Of a stretch of DNA of 64,000 nt, positions 10,671-21,017 are shown one piece after another (the stretch's first letter is position 1; each line of letters opens with the position of its first letter). The notes beneath the pieces were generated by a model. It saw nothing but the letters and a program-made list of their open reading frames with translations, did no database searches and had not been told where the DNA came from. A program made the translations under genes and the position numbers. The DNA lies in assembly GCA_965215885.1 (NCBI GenBank), contig CBDCEW010000104.1, positions 128,001-192,000 on the forward strand. Reading direction: 5' to 3'. Source of the stretch: Candidatus Moanibacter sp. (GTDB lineage Bacteria > Verrucomicrobiota > Verrucomicrobiia > Opitutales > UBA2987).

Positions 10671-11858
10671 TCAATCTTTCCGTGCCAGGTGAAGCAAGAC
10701 CAGTGAATATATGGGACTTCCAACCGCAGTCAGCGGTAGAAACCAGTACGCTTTTCCGATGGCTGACAGCAGAAGCACGAGATAGATGAAATCTCGGTTT
10801 CCCATCGCGTCCATTATGTGAGATACTGTGGACGTTCTTGACCGTACCACGGAAGTAAAAGCTGGAGCACTGCTTCGGTTCCATCTCAAGGTCTGCCTGT
10901 AAACGATCCATGCTGTCCACATCGTGCCCGCAACCGCGATTGCAGTGACCACCAGCGGCCACGTCGATTGCGAATTTAGACACCACCCGATCCCGATGCA
11001 GGAGAACACCGCCGCATGGACAAGGTTATCCCCCCAGAAATCCAAAATCATCCCTTGGCGTGACTCTTGAAATCTCAAACGCGCCAGTTCCCCGTCGCAA
11101 CCGTCGACGATGGCGTGGGTAAGAAAAATGATCGCTCCGATGAATTGGTAGGTTGCCTCCGACGAGAGGAAAAATGGGGCGCAAAGCAGGCCTAGCCCGA
11201 AGCTGAACAGAGTGATTGCGTTTGGTGAGATGGAGGTGGGCGCAAATCGACGTGAAATGGCCAGAGAGATTCGCCTGTTGATGCGACGGCACAAGAAGGA
11301 CTCACTATCCTTTACTAATCTTTCGAGAAGCCACGTCTCAGCTCGATGCACTTCGTCAGCGGAGTCCAGCACGAACCTCCCGGTTGCATCAGCTCCGAGG
11401 GGCTTCGTTTTGAGTGCCCTATTGAATTTTACTCCGAGCCCATCGACGGATTGACAAGATGATTGTAGGGGAGATATCCTCAATGGTTCCGCCACCTCGA
11501 TGACCGCTGCGCCTTCAGCGTCGCTGTAGATTCGGTCTGGTTCAAGAGGCATCGCCAACAGCGTTTTCAACCACTTCGAGTCCGGGAGTACATTCGGCGC
11601 GAGTAACAGCACACGTCCTGGATTAGAGAGCGTCAGGGGCTCATCGGAAAAGGCGACTTCAGTCGAAGTCTCGGAGAGGACTTGCTTCATTTGAACCGGT
11701 TCGGGCGTCAAGACCACGACATGCTCGATGCCTGCGCGAGCCGCCGAGAGAACACTCCGTCGGATCAAAGGAAGGCCGAGAAGTGGCAGCTCAGGCGAAA
11801 CCGCGTCGCCCGATTCGGGTCGTGAGGGTAGGATAACTAACTGTAGAGAGGCGTCCAT
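10671..11858 (-). CDS. CDP-alcohol phosphatidyltransferase with degenerate N-terminal NTP-transferase-like domain
   Basis: ISPNAIT and DGCDGELARL...G..LD...D signature; N-terminal LLGLPLIRR segment. Confidence 0.85.
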   Translation of the reverse strand: MDASLQLVILPSRPESGDAVSPELPLLGLPLIRRSVLSAARAGIEHVVVLTPEPVQMKQVLSETSTEVAFSDEPLTLSNPGRVLLLAPNVLPDSKWLKTLLAMPLEPDRIYSDAEGAAVIEVAEPLRISPLQSSCQSVDGLGVKFNRALKTKPLGADATGRFVLDSADEVHRAETWLLERLVKDSESFLCRRINRRISLAISRRFAPTSISPNAITLFSFGLGLLCAPFFLSSEATYQFIGAIIFLTHAIVDGCDGELARLRFQESRQGMILDFWGDNLVHAAVFSCIGIGWCLNSQSTWPLVVTAIAVAGTMWTAWIVYRQTLRWNRSSAPAFTSVVRSRTSTVSHIMDAMGNRDFIYLVLLLSAIGKAYWFLPLTAVGSPIYSLVLLHLARKD

Positions 11859-11925
11859 CTTACGAATCTACCGGAATGAAATCGATTAAATCTTCCGAAC
11901 GAGGTATAAAGTCCGGCAGGCTGCT

Positions 11926-12175
11926 AGGAATCTGTCGGACTTGATTTCCGACAGATTCCTTTGAAGAAAATGAAACTGAGTTTTGGGACCAGTTGACTCA
12001 CACTATCGGTATCTGATGTTGAATCTGGCAAGGATAGCGAATGCCTTTTTCAGTGACTGTGACATAGTTGCCCCTATTTCGGCATTTGGAGTATTCTTGA
12101 ACCTTTTTCTGCCAAAACTCAGTTTCATTTTCTTGTTTCTAGAAGCCAGTCGGACGAAGTCCGACTGGCTTCTAG
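11926..12175. repeat. Cluster of inverted-repeat elements: AGGAATCTGTCGGA hairpin, 171-bp MITE with 23-bp TIRs, 17-bp perfect hairpin
   Basis: AGGAATCTGTCGGA-n7-TCCGACAGATTCCT (11926-11960); AAGAAAATGAAACTGAGTTTTGG (11964-11986) and its exact reverse complement (12112-12134); CTAGAAGCCAGTCGGAC-GAA-GTCCGACTGGCTTCTAG (12139-12175). Confidence 0.85.
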
Positions 12176-13200
12176 CCCGACCCTTCCCGACGTCCGATGT
12201 ATCCGGAGGTCTGAAACCAATCGACGCAATCCTTGATCGCCTTGCGGCAATCGCGCATTGGATGCAGTCCGAGTTCAATGGCCGAGTCCCTTCCGTCGAA
12301 GTGAAAAGACCGCTGGGTGAGTTTGACTCCAGTGACCGTGGCCATAGGAGGATGTCCCGTGGTGAGGTGGGTACGGAACCACTCTTCTATGTGGGCGAAC
12401 ACAAGCGCCAGTGAATAGGGAACGCGCCAGGCCGGTGCCGGGCGACTGACTAGCTCGGAAAGAAAGCGAAATAGTTCGAGAATCGTCCAGTTCTCGTGGA
12501 CGATTAGATAGCAGCGGCCGATTTCGCCGCTCTGTGCCGCCGTCCAGATCCCGGCGGCGACGTCCTTGACATCGACGAGATTCAAGTCTCCGTCCAGGTA
12601 GGCTTTGATCCGGCCGTTGCAGAAGTCGCAGATCATGCGAGACGGTGGCCCCATGTTTCGGTCACCTGGACCCATTGGGATACTCGGGCGGACGATGATG
12701 ACAGGATCACCGGCCTCAGCGGCTTCGCGTGCAGCCTGCTCCGCCAGCCATTTGCTGCGACAGTAAGGGCCGATCATCTCGTCCAGAGTGGTTTGGGTTT
12801 GTTCCGTAATGACACCCCTGAGTTCAGATGGAGAGAGAATTGATTCGGTTGAGACGTGCACCACGCGGCGTGCGCCGGCTTTCCGGGCGGCGCACAGCAC
12901 CCGTCGCGTGCCTTGGTGATTAACCTGTTCGAATTCGTCCGGGTCCCGAGCCCAGAGATTAGGGTTCGCAGCCAGATGTAGAACTACGTCGCAGCCGGCC
13001 ACTGCTTCCTCGACTGCATTCGCGTCGCGGAGGTCCGCGAAGACGATTTCTACATCGGCTTCGGGCAGGTGGGAAGTCGCGACTCCTGGTTTCTCCAGTA
13101 CCCGTACCGCTCGCTTTTCGGCTACAAGCCGCTGCACCAGGTGCGCGCCTACGAACCCAGCGCCTCCTGTCACCATGACCTTTCCTGGGTCTTCCTTCAT
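12172..13200 (-). CDS. NAD-dependent epimerase/dehydratase, HpnA (dihydroflavonol reductase)-like
   Basis: TGGAGFVG, YCRSKWLAE (YxxSK), PMGPGD, LNLVDVKDVA. Confidence 0.85.
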   Translation of the reverse strand: MKEDPGKVMVTGGAGFVGAHLVQRLVAEKRAVRVLEKPGVATSHLPEADVEIVFADLRDANAVEEAVAGCDVVLHLAANPNLWARDPDEFEQVNHQGTRRVLCAARKAGARRVVHVSTESILSPSELRGVITEQTQTTLDEMIGPYCRSKWLAEQAAREAAEAGDPVIIVRPSIPMGPGDRNMGPPSRMICDFCNGRIKAYLDGDLNLVDVKDVAAGIWTAAQSGEIGRCYLIVHENWTILELFRFLSELVSRPAPAWRVPYSLALVFAHIEEWFRTHLTTGHPPMATVTGVKLTQRSFHFDGRDSAIELGLHPMRDCRKAIKDCVDWFQTSGYIGRREGSG

Positions 13201-13203
13201 AAG

Positions 13204-14229
13204 TCAGTTCATTGAGGCGGGTGCGTTCACAACCGGAGCCACCACCAGTTCGTCGAGCCAGTGTCGAGAAGGTGTCGCCCGAATCGCTTCCATTCGCTTG
13301 ACCAGGGCATATACAAGGCGGTTCAGAGGTATAGCACGGTCGCCGGCGAGTTCGATCAGGTGGCCGTTGAAGTAATCGATCTCTGTGATGCCCCTGGAAA
13401 TGTCGCCCGACATGGAGCAGTAGGTATTCCGCAACGACAGTGAGAAGGGCCAGGCCATGATCCGCGCAAACAAAGGCAGCCGCAGTATCCTGTCTACCGT
13501 GTCGGGGTGGAATGGTCCGACAGTGCCCAGCGCTACCCCTGCTGCCTTCAGGATACCGTAATTCTCCCGCAAGATCCGGAAAAACAGTTTGCGTGCTTTA
13601 CTGATCGTCAAGAGTTGACCGTTGTCCAGTCCCGCTACTGCCGCGAGCGGACTGATCGCGGCATTGTACATCACTTTCGAGTATTTGTAAGGAAGGACGT
13701 CGGAAACTCTCTTCACCAGAAAGGTTCCGTGTCGTTCCAGTAACTCGATTATTTGCTCCACTTTAGGAGGCGCCGCACCTTCCTCGTTCCCACCCCATCG
13801 GCCGATGTGAAGATCGCCGCCCCTCGTGATCTCGGTGTGGGTTCGTTCTGGAAGACACTCGGAGACGAATGAGGATATACCTTCAAGGGCACTGCGTTTT
13901 ATTAGGGTTTGATCGAAGCCGTTCTGAAATGGAATGATGCTAACTGATGACGGGAGCCGATCGAGAACGGTCGCATTGGTGAAACATTTCGTGCAGAGGA
14001 TAATGATTGCCTCCTCGGAAGGGTACCATTCTTCAAAGTGCAGAAACGGCGCAGGCAGCAATGGACGGCGATCCAGTCCCACACCATGACGGTTTCCCCA
14101 ATCAACTTTCTGTGTGTTCGACTCGACGAAGGTGACATCGAGACCGCCTGCCAGCAGGGCATAGCCCACCGCGCATCCAATGCCCCCCGCTCCTACTACG
14201 AAGACGTCTGCGGAATGGCCATTTGGCAC
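13204..14229 (-). CDS. Ketopantoate reductase (PanE/ApbA)-family protein
   Basis: GAGGIG, LCTK, FQNG, KVMYNAAISPL, SM..D...G.TEIDYFNG. Confidence 0.8.
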   Translation of the reverse strand: MPNGHSADVFVVGAGGIGCAVGYALLAGGLDVTFVESNTQKVDWGNRHGVGLDRRPLLPAPFLHFEEWYPSEEAIIILCTKCFTNATVLDRLPSSVSIIPFQNGFDQTLIKRSALEGISSFVSECLPERTHTEITRGGDLHIGRWGGNEEGAAPPKVEQIIELLERHGTFLVKRVSDVLPYKYSKVMYNAAISPLAAVAGLDNGQLLTISKARKLFFRILRENYGILKAAGVALGTVGPFHPDTVDRILRLPLFARIMAWPFSLSLRNTYCSMSGDISRGITEIDYFNGHLIELAGDRAIPLNRLVYALVKRMEAIRATPSRHWLDELVVAPVVNAPASMN

Positions 14230-14547
14230 TGAACGGGCCTTTCTCCCGGAATTTCACCCAGCTGTCTCCCATATGCCAGGGTGCTGCGCTCTGAGAAAGC
14301 CATCAGATTCCTGTCATCCAGGCTCCCGGGGAATTCCGGGTATTTACCTGCCGGTTTCGAATTCATTTCATTTCTTCGCCTTTCCTACAGAATTTTACAT
14401 CCATTACAGCGAATTATATCTTTCCTTTTGAAATTTGAACCGAAGATACAATTTTTTTCGAGCCTAATTCAGCATATAACAGTAATAAGGGACAGTCTTA
14501 AAGTTTCATCTCGACATCACACTCGATGTTTGATAGCAGAGCGCACA

Positions 14548-15549
14548 ATGAGAAAGAAACGATTGAAGATATCAGGTCGTTGCGCTGTATATCATTGCGT
14601 GACGCGAACGGTGAATAAGGAACGGCTCATTGATGATGTCGCTAAGGAAGTGCTGCGAAAGCAACTGTGGCAGATTGCTGATTTCAGCGGAGTTGAGGTG
14701 ATTACTTACTGCGTTATGAGTAGTCATTTTCACGTTCAAATTCGGGTGCCGGATCGGGAGCGAGTGAAGGTTTCGGACCAGGAACTGATGCGCAGGTATC
14801 GGGTGCTGTATCCGAGGCCCACACCATACCAACAGGCTGACGCCAAGGTATTGGAGATGAAACTGTTAGAGAACGGAGACGAGGCAGCCGCATTGAGGAA
14901 ACAGCTCCTGGAACGTATGCACGACGTCTCGCAGTTTATGAAGACGCTGAAGCAGCGGTTCTCAATCTGGTATAATCGCACCCACAATCGCGTTGGGACG
15001 CTTTGGAGCGAGCGATTCAAGAGCACATTGGTGGAGGGAACGGACGCGGCGATACGGATTACAGCAGCCTACATCGATTTGAATCCGATCCGCGCGAAGA
15101 TCGTAAGCGACCCTAAGGATTACCGATGGAGTGGGTATGGCGAGGCGATGGGAGGTTCAGTAAGAGCGCGCCATGGGATCGAAGAGAGCATACGGCGCAA
15201 CCAAAGCGAGGAGTTGAACTGGAGAAAAGCATCGAGCGAGTACCGCAAGCTCCTCTACTGCAAAGGAGCTTCACCGTCTTCGAGTGGAGGGACGACGATA
15301 CCAGACGAGAAATGGAGAAATGTGATACAGAAAGGTGGAAAAGTGCCAGTGGCGGCCGCTTTGCGCTGTCGGGTACGCTATTTCACCGATGGGGCGGTGC
15401 TCGGGTCAGAGGAGTTCGTGCAGGAAATATTTCAGGAATTCAAGAGTCAGTTCGGAACCAAGCGAAAGAGCGGACCAAGGCGAATGAAGGGGAGTGACTG
15501 GGAAGGCTTGACGGTGTTGAGGGACTTGAGGCGGGAAGTGTTTGGATAG
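14548..15549 (+). mobile_element. HUH (Y1) transposase, REP-associated tyrosine transposase (RAYT)-like, long form
   Basis: YHCVTR, YCVMSSHFHV (HUH), LWSERFKS, AYIDLNPIRA, DPKDYRWSGY; probable start ATG at 14548 rather than 14281. Confidence 0.85.
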
Positions 15550-15858
15550 GAGCGCCAGACTGCGAATCAGATCGCTGTTTCGCGATGTGATGTGGGATAG
15601 TGAGGGATTGGGCAGAATCTCCTCTTTTTCTTTTGTTGGAAAATTCGGTCAGGAAATGCCGGGAATCTGAGTCGGTGTATCTTGTTTTGTAATTGTGCAT
15701 TGGACTCGGGATCGATTTGCGAGCGGTTGCGGGGAGGAAAGAGGAGAACTGGCCTGCACAGCATGGTTAATGGGGCCGCCCGCTAGAACTCGATGATGGG
15801 GGAAAAGACGTAGTCGATTAATTGGGTATGATTACGAAATAAGGCGCCTACGGCCGGT

Positions 15859-16065
15859 TTGCCGATACTGAGGGGTGCCGTAGAGGCACAACAATGGCTT
15901 TGCGGACCACCAGAGTTGATCGTTGAAAAGATGATGAAGATTCAGGAACGCTATCCGGGACTTGAAGAAGTGCACCTAAGCAGCTGCATAGGCACTCCCA
16001 AGAGTGTGATTTTGGAGCAACTGGAATGGGTGGGCAAAGATGTCATGCCGGCGTTTAAAAGCTAG
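15859..16065 (+). pseudogene. C-terminal fragment of an LLM-class flavin-dependent oxidoreductase
   Basis: WLCGPPE...EQLEWVGKDVMPAF resembles luciferase-like monooxygenase C-termini; no upstream coding part. Confidence 0.6.
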
Positions 16066-17957
16066 AAACTGTACTTAATACCGATTCGTGCGCGGATGCC
16101 GGTAGCGGGAAACCCAACTGCTTCCTCAAAGTCCTCGTCGAGGAGATTTTCAATGGCGATTCGCACGACAATATTCTCCCGGGGTCGGTGCGTCAGGGCT
16201 GCATCGAGTCGTGTGTAGCCATCGAGGAACAAACCCCCGGTAGGGATGGACGATTCATAGAACTCGTCCAGCACGAGCGCACTTGTCACCAGGTTCCACT
16301 TATCATTCATTTTCCAATCGACGACGGCGCCACCGCGCCATTTCGGACGACCACGCAATTTGGCATCGCTATCCACAATCTCGGTATCGGTATAGGATAA
16401 ATGACCGCGCAGTTGCAGACTCCTGTTCAGCGGCAGTCGGACAGTGAATTCTGCTCCCTTTGTGAAGACATTCGAGCGATTGACCGTTCTGAAAAGCTCG
16501 GGGTCGAAATCAACCAGGTTCTCATATTCATTGCGAAAAACGCTTATCCCGATCTGACCGTTTGAATCGCCTAACCGTCGCGTAATGTTGAAGTCTACGC
16601 TGGTGGCTGTTTCGGAAATCAGAGCGGGATTGCCAACCAATGGATGTGCCAGGGCAAAGAAGCTCGGTGCTTTGAAGCCCTGCCCCCAATTTGCGCGAAT
16701 TTCGGTACGTTCATCTGTGAACTTGTACAAGGCGCCGACCCGAGCACTCGTTTCGCCGGCAATTTTATCGGGGTTATCCCAGCGCAATCCACCCTGTAGC
16801 ACGAGCGGGCCCCGGCTCAGGCTGATCTCAGAAAAGGCGCTTATCGTATCTCGTTTAAGCTCAAAACTTGCCGACAGTGGGAATCCAATATTCAGAATGC
16901 CAGTGCTTTCTCCGTCTTCCCTTTGCCATTCTGCTCCGGCCAGAAAGGAGAATCCGCGTTCACTTTTCACACCGATACTGGTAACGATTTGATTGCGACT
17001 GAATGCGGTATCTGCCGAATTTGGGGGCACGCCGTTGAATACACCTGGCACGATTCCCGGCGAGGTGCTGGTCTCTCCGCGTTTGTAATGAATGCCGGCA
17101 ATATCGAATTTCCAGCTGGCGGCGAATTCGTGTTCGAGAAAGACGCGCACATGCGACTCCTCAATTGTCTTATCGTCGACCTCACGGATAACGGCGAAGC
17201 GGGGGCCTCCACTGTCCTCCGGGAAGCTGGTGCTCTCGGAATGCTGATACCGAAATGTAAGACCAACCTGCGTCCGATCGGATAAGCGGGCCGTCATTCT
17301 CCCGGTTGTACCCCATCCCTCGTAGTCAGCACCTTCCACATCTCCTTCGTCCTTGAGGGCGTGCAACTCAAATCCGGCGGCGACTTTGCCGCGTTGACCT
17401 GCGACCGTCAATTGCGCGGACGCGTATCCGTAGGAGCCGACATCAAAGGCGAATTTGTCGAGGGGTGCATCATACTGCGTAATGATATTGATAACACCGG
17501 CCAGCGCATCGGAACCGTAAATGGCGGACATGGGTCCCCGGACGATCTCAATGCGTTCGATGCCGGCCAGGTCGAGACTTGAGAAGTCGTAAGAACCTCC
17601 GCGTGTGTTCGTAGGATCGTTCACCTTAACGCCGTCAATCAACACAACTGTGAAGTTTGGCTCGCCCCCGCGTAGCAGGAGGCTGGTGACGCCACCGCGC
17701 CCTCCCTGCTGGATGATGTTGATGCCGGCAACTTGCACAACTTGCCGTAGAAGCTCGGTTACACTGGACGCGTTTCGACTGTTAATCCGGTCTCGTGAGA
17801 TGACTTCGATGGATGGCGTCAACTCATCGGCCGATGAATCCAGGCGAGACGCTGTTACGATCAACGTCTCCAGCAATTCGGTGTCCTCTTCGGCCCTCAC
17901 CGACAATGAGGACAGAACCAGGAGCGACAAGGAGGCATGTAGGAGTTTTTCCCTCAC
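16062..17957 (-). CDS. TonB-dependent outer-membrane receptor (BtuB-like architecture)
   Basis: Signal peptide, TonB box ETLIVTASR, VLIDG, IERIEIVRGPMSAIYGSDALAGVINIIT, ENLLDEDF, C-terminal Phe. Confidence 0.92.
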   Translation of the reverse strand: MREKLLHASLSLLVLSSLSVRAEEDTELLETLIVTASRLDSSADELTPSIEVISRDRINSRNASSVTELLRQVVQVAGINIIQQGGRGGVTSLLLRGGEPNFTVVLIDGVKVNDPTNTRGGSYDFSSLDLAGIERIEIVRGPMSAIYGSDALAGVINIITQYDAPLDKFAFDVGSYGYASAQLTVAGQRGKVAAGFELHALKDEGDVEGADYEGWGTTGRMTARLSDRTQVGLTFRYQHSESTSFPEDSGGPRFAVIREVDDKTIEESHVRVFLEHEFAASWKFDIAGIHYKRGETSTSPGIVPGVFNGVPPNSADTAFSRNQIVTSIGVKSERGFSFLAGAEWQREDGESTGILNIGFPLSASFELKRDTISAFSEISLSRGPLVLQGGLRWDNPDKIAGETSARVGALYKFTDERTEIRANWGQGFKAPSFFALAHPLVGNPALISETATSVDFNITRRLGDSNGQIGISVFRNEYENLVDFDPELFRTVNRSNVFTKGAEFTVRLPLNRSLQLRGHLSYTDTEIVDSDAKLRGRPKWRGGAVVDWKMNDKWNLVTSALVLDEFYESSIPTGGLFLDGYTRLDAALTHRPRENIVVRIAIENLLDEDFEEAVGFPATGIRARIGIKYSF

Positions 17958-17977
17958 ACCATTCTGTTTAGGGAGGA

Positions 17978-19046
17978 TTACTTACCCGGAAAACCCGGAT
18001 TCTGCTTCCGGCAGACTCCGAGTACACGCATCATCTCCCGGACCTGGCGGGGATCGATCGGAAATCTCCTGCGATGTTTGAGAGTGGCGTGGACAGCGTC
18101 GTAGAACTCGCTGCGAGATTTACCTGCGAACTCAAAACCCTCCTCTTTCCAGGGCAGCTTATCGGAGTTTCCATAGACGCGCCCCTCGACGCGAGGGTCT
18201 TCGATGACTTTGATTTTCGGCGCTTTTTTCGGATCATCCTCCTCTTTAGTATCTGAGGCGCGCAGTGCTATTTGTAAGTGTCATCGCGCCACAGGTGCCG
18301 AGAAGCGTCCATTCCGGCGCGTGTTGCGTCGTAGCCGCTGAAGTTGAATCTTCCATATCTATGGTGACTCCACTCTCTGTGCGGAGGAGCAATTTTACGT
18401 GATCTTCAACATCGCCGGTGTCTGAGATGTGTTTCAAGTCGCAAAGAATGTCCTTAACCGGTGAGTCAACGAGAGATAGGGCCTGATCGAGAGGGTGGGT
18501 GATTTTGTTGTTTAACTGTCCGCCACTAAACTTCCGTAGACATTGCCAGTCGTTACGCCGCTTGTAACTGTGCGAGCAGTAACCGATATGGGTGAGAGCG
18601 CCGATCTTCCTGCTCTTAAGGACCTCCTGGAAGAGGTTGTAGGCCCCGGAAAATCGATAATTCTGATGGACAAACAGGTGCACCCCCTCCTCCTCGGCAG
18701 TGCGAATCATGCGGTCGGCTTCTCTCAGGGTGGCCGACATCGGTTTTTCGACCACGACGTGGCGTCCTGACTTCATCACACGAATTGCCTGAGCGGCGTG
18801 AAGCACGGTTGGAGTCGCCACGATCACGAGTTCCGCGGGAGATTCTTTCAGCAGCTTCCCCAGGTCTGTGTAGGAATCGCAACCAAGCTCTTCCTCCGCC
18901 TGCCGTCGCCGTTCTTCATCGAGATCGAGAACGGATACGATTTCGTAACGGGGGTCGCCGCGCATTCCGAAGACGTGGATTTTCCACCCGGATCTTCCGA
19001 GTGCCAGGACGGCCGCTTTAATGGGTTTTCCTCTCCTTTTTGCCAT
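17978..19046 (-). pseudogene. Gfo/Idh/MocA oxidoreductase interrupted by a 10-nt insertion
   Basis: LGRSG, HVVVEKPM, HQNYRF; stop at 18246-18248 caused by the insert; the natural frame continues YDPKKAPK...LPWKEE...EFYDAV to TAA at 17978. Confidence 0.8.
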
Positions 19047-19092
19047 ATTGTTTCTTCGTATAACAAGAATCCGTCATTCGAATCAATAAGAA

Positions 19093-19180
19093 AGGAATCT
19101 GTCGGTCTCATCTGCGTTGGAATGTCGATCTGTGACTCCCGGCGTGCCGGGATTAGGAATTCTAAGTCCGACAGATTCCT
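19093..19180. mobile_element. 88-bp MITE-like element with AGGAATCTGTCGG TIRs
   Basis: AGGAATCTGTCGG...CCGACAGATTCCT; related ends at 11926, 21007, 29070 and 32413. Confidence 0.75.
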
Positions 19181-19287
19181 AGCTGATTGCAGATAATATT
19201 CTCGTCTGGGACGCTGCGGGCTTCATAAAGTCTGATAGAGTAGGTTCAAGATGAGTTTGCTCATTATAATCGCGAGACGTACAGATT

Positions 19288-20922
19288 ATGACAGTTACTG
19301 ATGCTATAGCCAGTGTTCTAAAAGCGGAAGGGGTCGAAAATCTCTTCGCCTATCCCGTAAATCACTTAATAGAAGGGGCGGCGAAACTCGATATCCGTCC
19401 CATCATCGTTCGCCAGGAACGAATAGGGCTTCACATGGCGGATGCCATGAGCCGCCTCTCATCCGGAAAGCGTATCGGCGTCTTTTGCATGCAGCATGGA
19501 CCGGGTACCGAGAACGCTTTTGGAGGCGTCGCCCAGGCATTCGGCGAATCTTCACCAGTGTTGGTATTGCCGGCCGGGTTCCCGCGGTCCCTGGCCCATA
19601 TTCGACCGAATTTCAACGCTTACTTAAACTTTCAGTACGTCACCAAGTCCTGTGAGACGTTGAGCAGCGCCAGCGTGGTGGCTGAAGTCATGCGCCGTGC
19701 ATTTACGCAAGTGCGAAACGGTCGGCCCGGACCAGTAATGGTTGAAATTCCCTTCGATCTCTTCGGGGAGGAAGTGCCCGAGCCATTCAATTACACCGCA
19801 GTCCCTGTCACAAGAACAGCTCCCGATCCGTTGGCAGTCGACGAAGTCGCGGCCGCAATCCTGGAGGCAGAGCGTCCCGTTATCTATGCCGGGCAGGGTG
19901 TCCATTACGCTGAAGCGTGGAGTTCCTTGCGGGCGCTTGCGGAGCTGCTCGAGGCTCCTGTCGCGACCACTTTGGATGGTAAAAGCGCTTTTCCCGAAAG
20001 TCATCCTCTCTCGCTGGGATCGGGAGGCATTGGCGTGCCGAAAACTGTATCCGAGTTTGTGAGGAAAGCGGATCTGATCTTTGGTATTGGTTGCAGTTTC
20101 ACTCGATCTTCCTTCGCAATCGATATACCGGAAGATAAAACTATTGTCCACGGAACTCTCGACCCGGCCGATATCAACAAGGATGTCGAGGTGACGCACG
20201 CCTTGGTGGGTGACGCGGACCTGATTCTCAAGGCTCTTGTCGAATGTGTAACGGATCGCCTTGGAGGGAAGCCGCGCGGCCGCATTGCGGATGTGACCGG
20301 TGAGATCGAGACGATGAAGGGCGAATGGCTGGACGACTGGTTGCCGAAATTGACGGATAATTCGACTCCTTTCTCACCCTACCGGGTCATATGGGATCTT
20401 CTGCACACGGTTGATGTTGCCAACACAATCATCACCCACGACGCGGGAAGTCCAAGAGACCAGCTTTCACCTTTCTGGGCGTGCACGACCCCTCTCTCTT
20501 ACATCGGATGGGGCAAGACCACCCAACTCGGTTACGGTCTGGGCCTGGCCATGGGAGCAAAGCTGGCCTGTCCGGACAAACTTTGCATAAACGTCTGGGG
20601 CGATGCAGCGATCGGCTTTACTGGCATGGATTTTGAGACGGCGGTTCGAGAACGCATTCCGATTCTCTCGGTATTGTTTAATAATTTCTCAATGGCGATC
20701 GAACTGAATATCATGCCCGTCTCCACCGAGAAGTATCGCAGCACCGACATCTCTGGGAATTATTCGAAAATGGCTGAAGCTTTCGGCGGTTATGGGGAGC
20801 GGGTGGAATCTCCAAATGAGATTGTTCCCGCCATCAACCGCGGTATACGGAAAACGGAAGAGGGCGTGCCTGCGCTCCTCGAGTTCATGACCTCCAAGGA
20901 GGTCGATGTCTCCCGTTTCTGA
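19288..20922 (+). CDS. Thiamine pyrophosphate-requiring enzyme (acetolactate synthase-like family)
   Basis: RQERIGLHMADA, GPGTEN, GRPGPV, GDAAIG...LFNN TPP-binding motif. Confidence 0.9.
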   Translation: MTVTDAIASVLKAEGVENLFAYPVNHLIEGAAKLDIRPIIVRQERIGLHMADAMSRLSSGKRIGVFCMQHGPGTENAFGGVAQAFGESSPVLVLPAGFPRSLAHIRPNFNAYLNFQYVTKSCETLSSASVVAEVMRRAFTQVRNGRPGPVMVEIPFDLFGEEVPEPFNYTAVPVTRTAPDPLAVDEVAAAILEAERPVIYAGQGVHYAEAWSSLRALAELLEAPVATTLDGKSAFPESHPLSLGSGGIGVPKTVSEFVRKADLIFGIGCSFTRSSFAIDIPEDKTIVHGTLDPADINKDVEVTHALVGDADLILKALVECVTDRLGGKPRGRIADVTGEIETMKGEWLDDWLPKLTDNSTPFSPYRVIWDLLHTVDVANTIITHDAGSPRDQLSPFWACTTPLSYIGWGKTTQLGYGLGLAMGAKLACPDKLCINVWGDAAIGFTGMDFETAVRERIPILSVLFNNFSMAIELNIMPVSTEKYRSTDISGNYSKMAEAFGGYGERVESPNEIVPAINRGIRKTEEGVPALLEFMTSKEVDVSRF

Positions 20923-21017
20923 GAGTACGACTGAGTCAAAGGAACTGAACCGGAACCCACTTCGCCCTATGGGTTGCGAAATTGCCGCGACTTCAGAATG
21001 CCAGGTCCGACAGATTC

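Noticed and set aside
14281..14547. N-terminal 89 aa of the transposase ORF
   Set aside because: AT-rich, non-protein-like upstream read-through; family-like sequence starts at ATG 14548
17958..18030. Cobalamin riboswitch before the BtuB-like receptor
   Set aside because: Only about 20 nt separate it from the upstream gene's natural stop; no B12-box motifs seen
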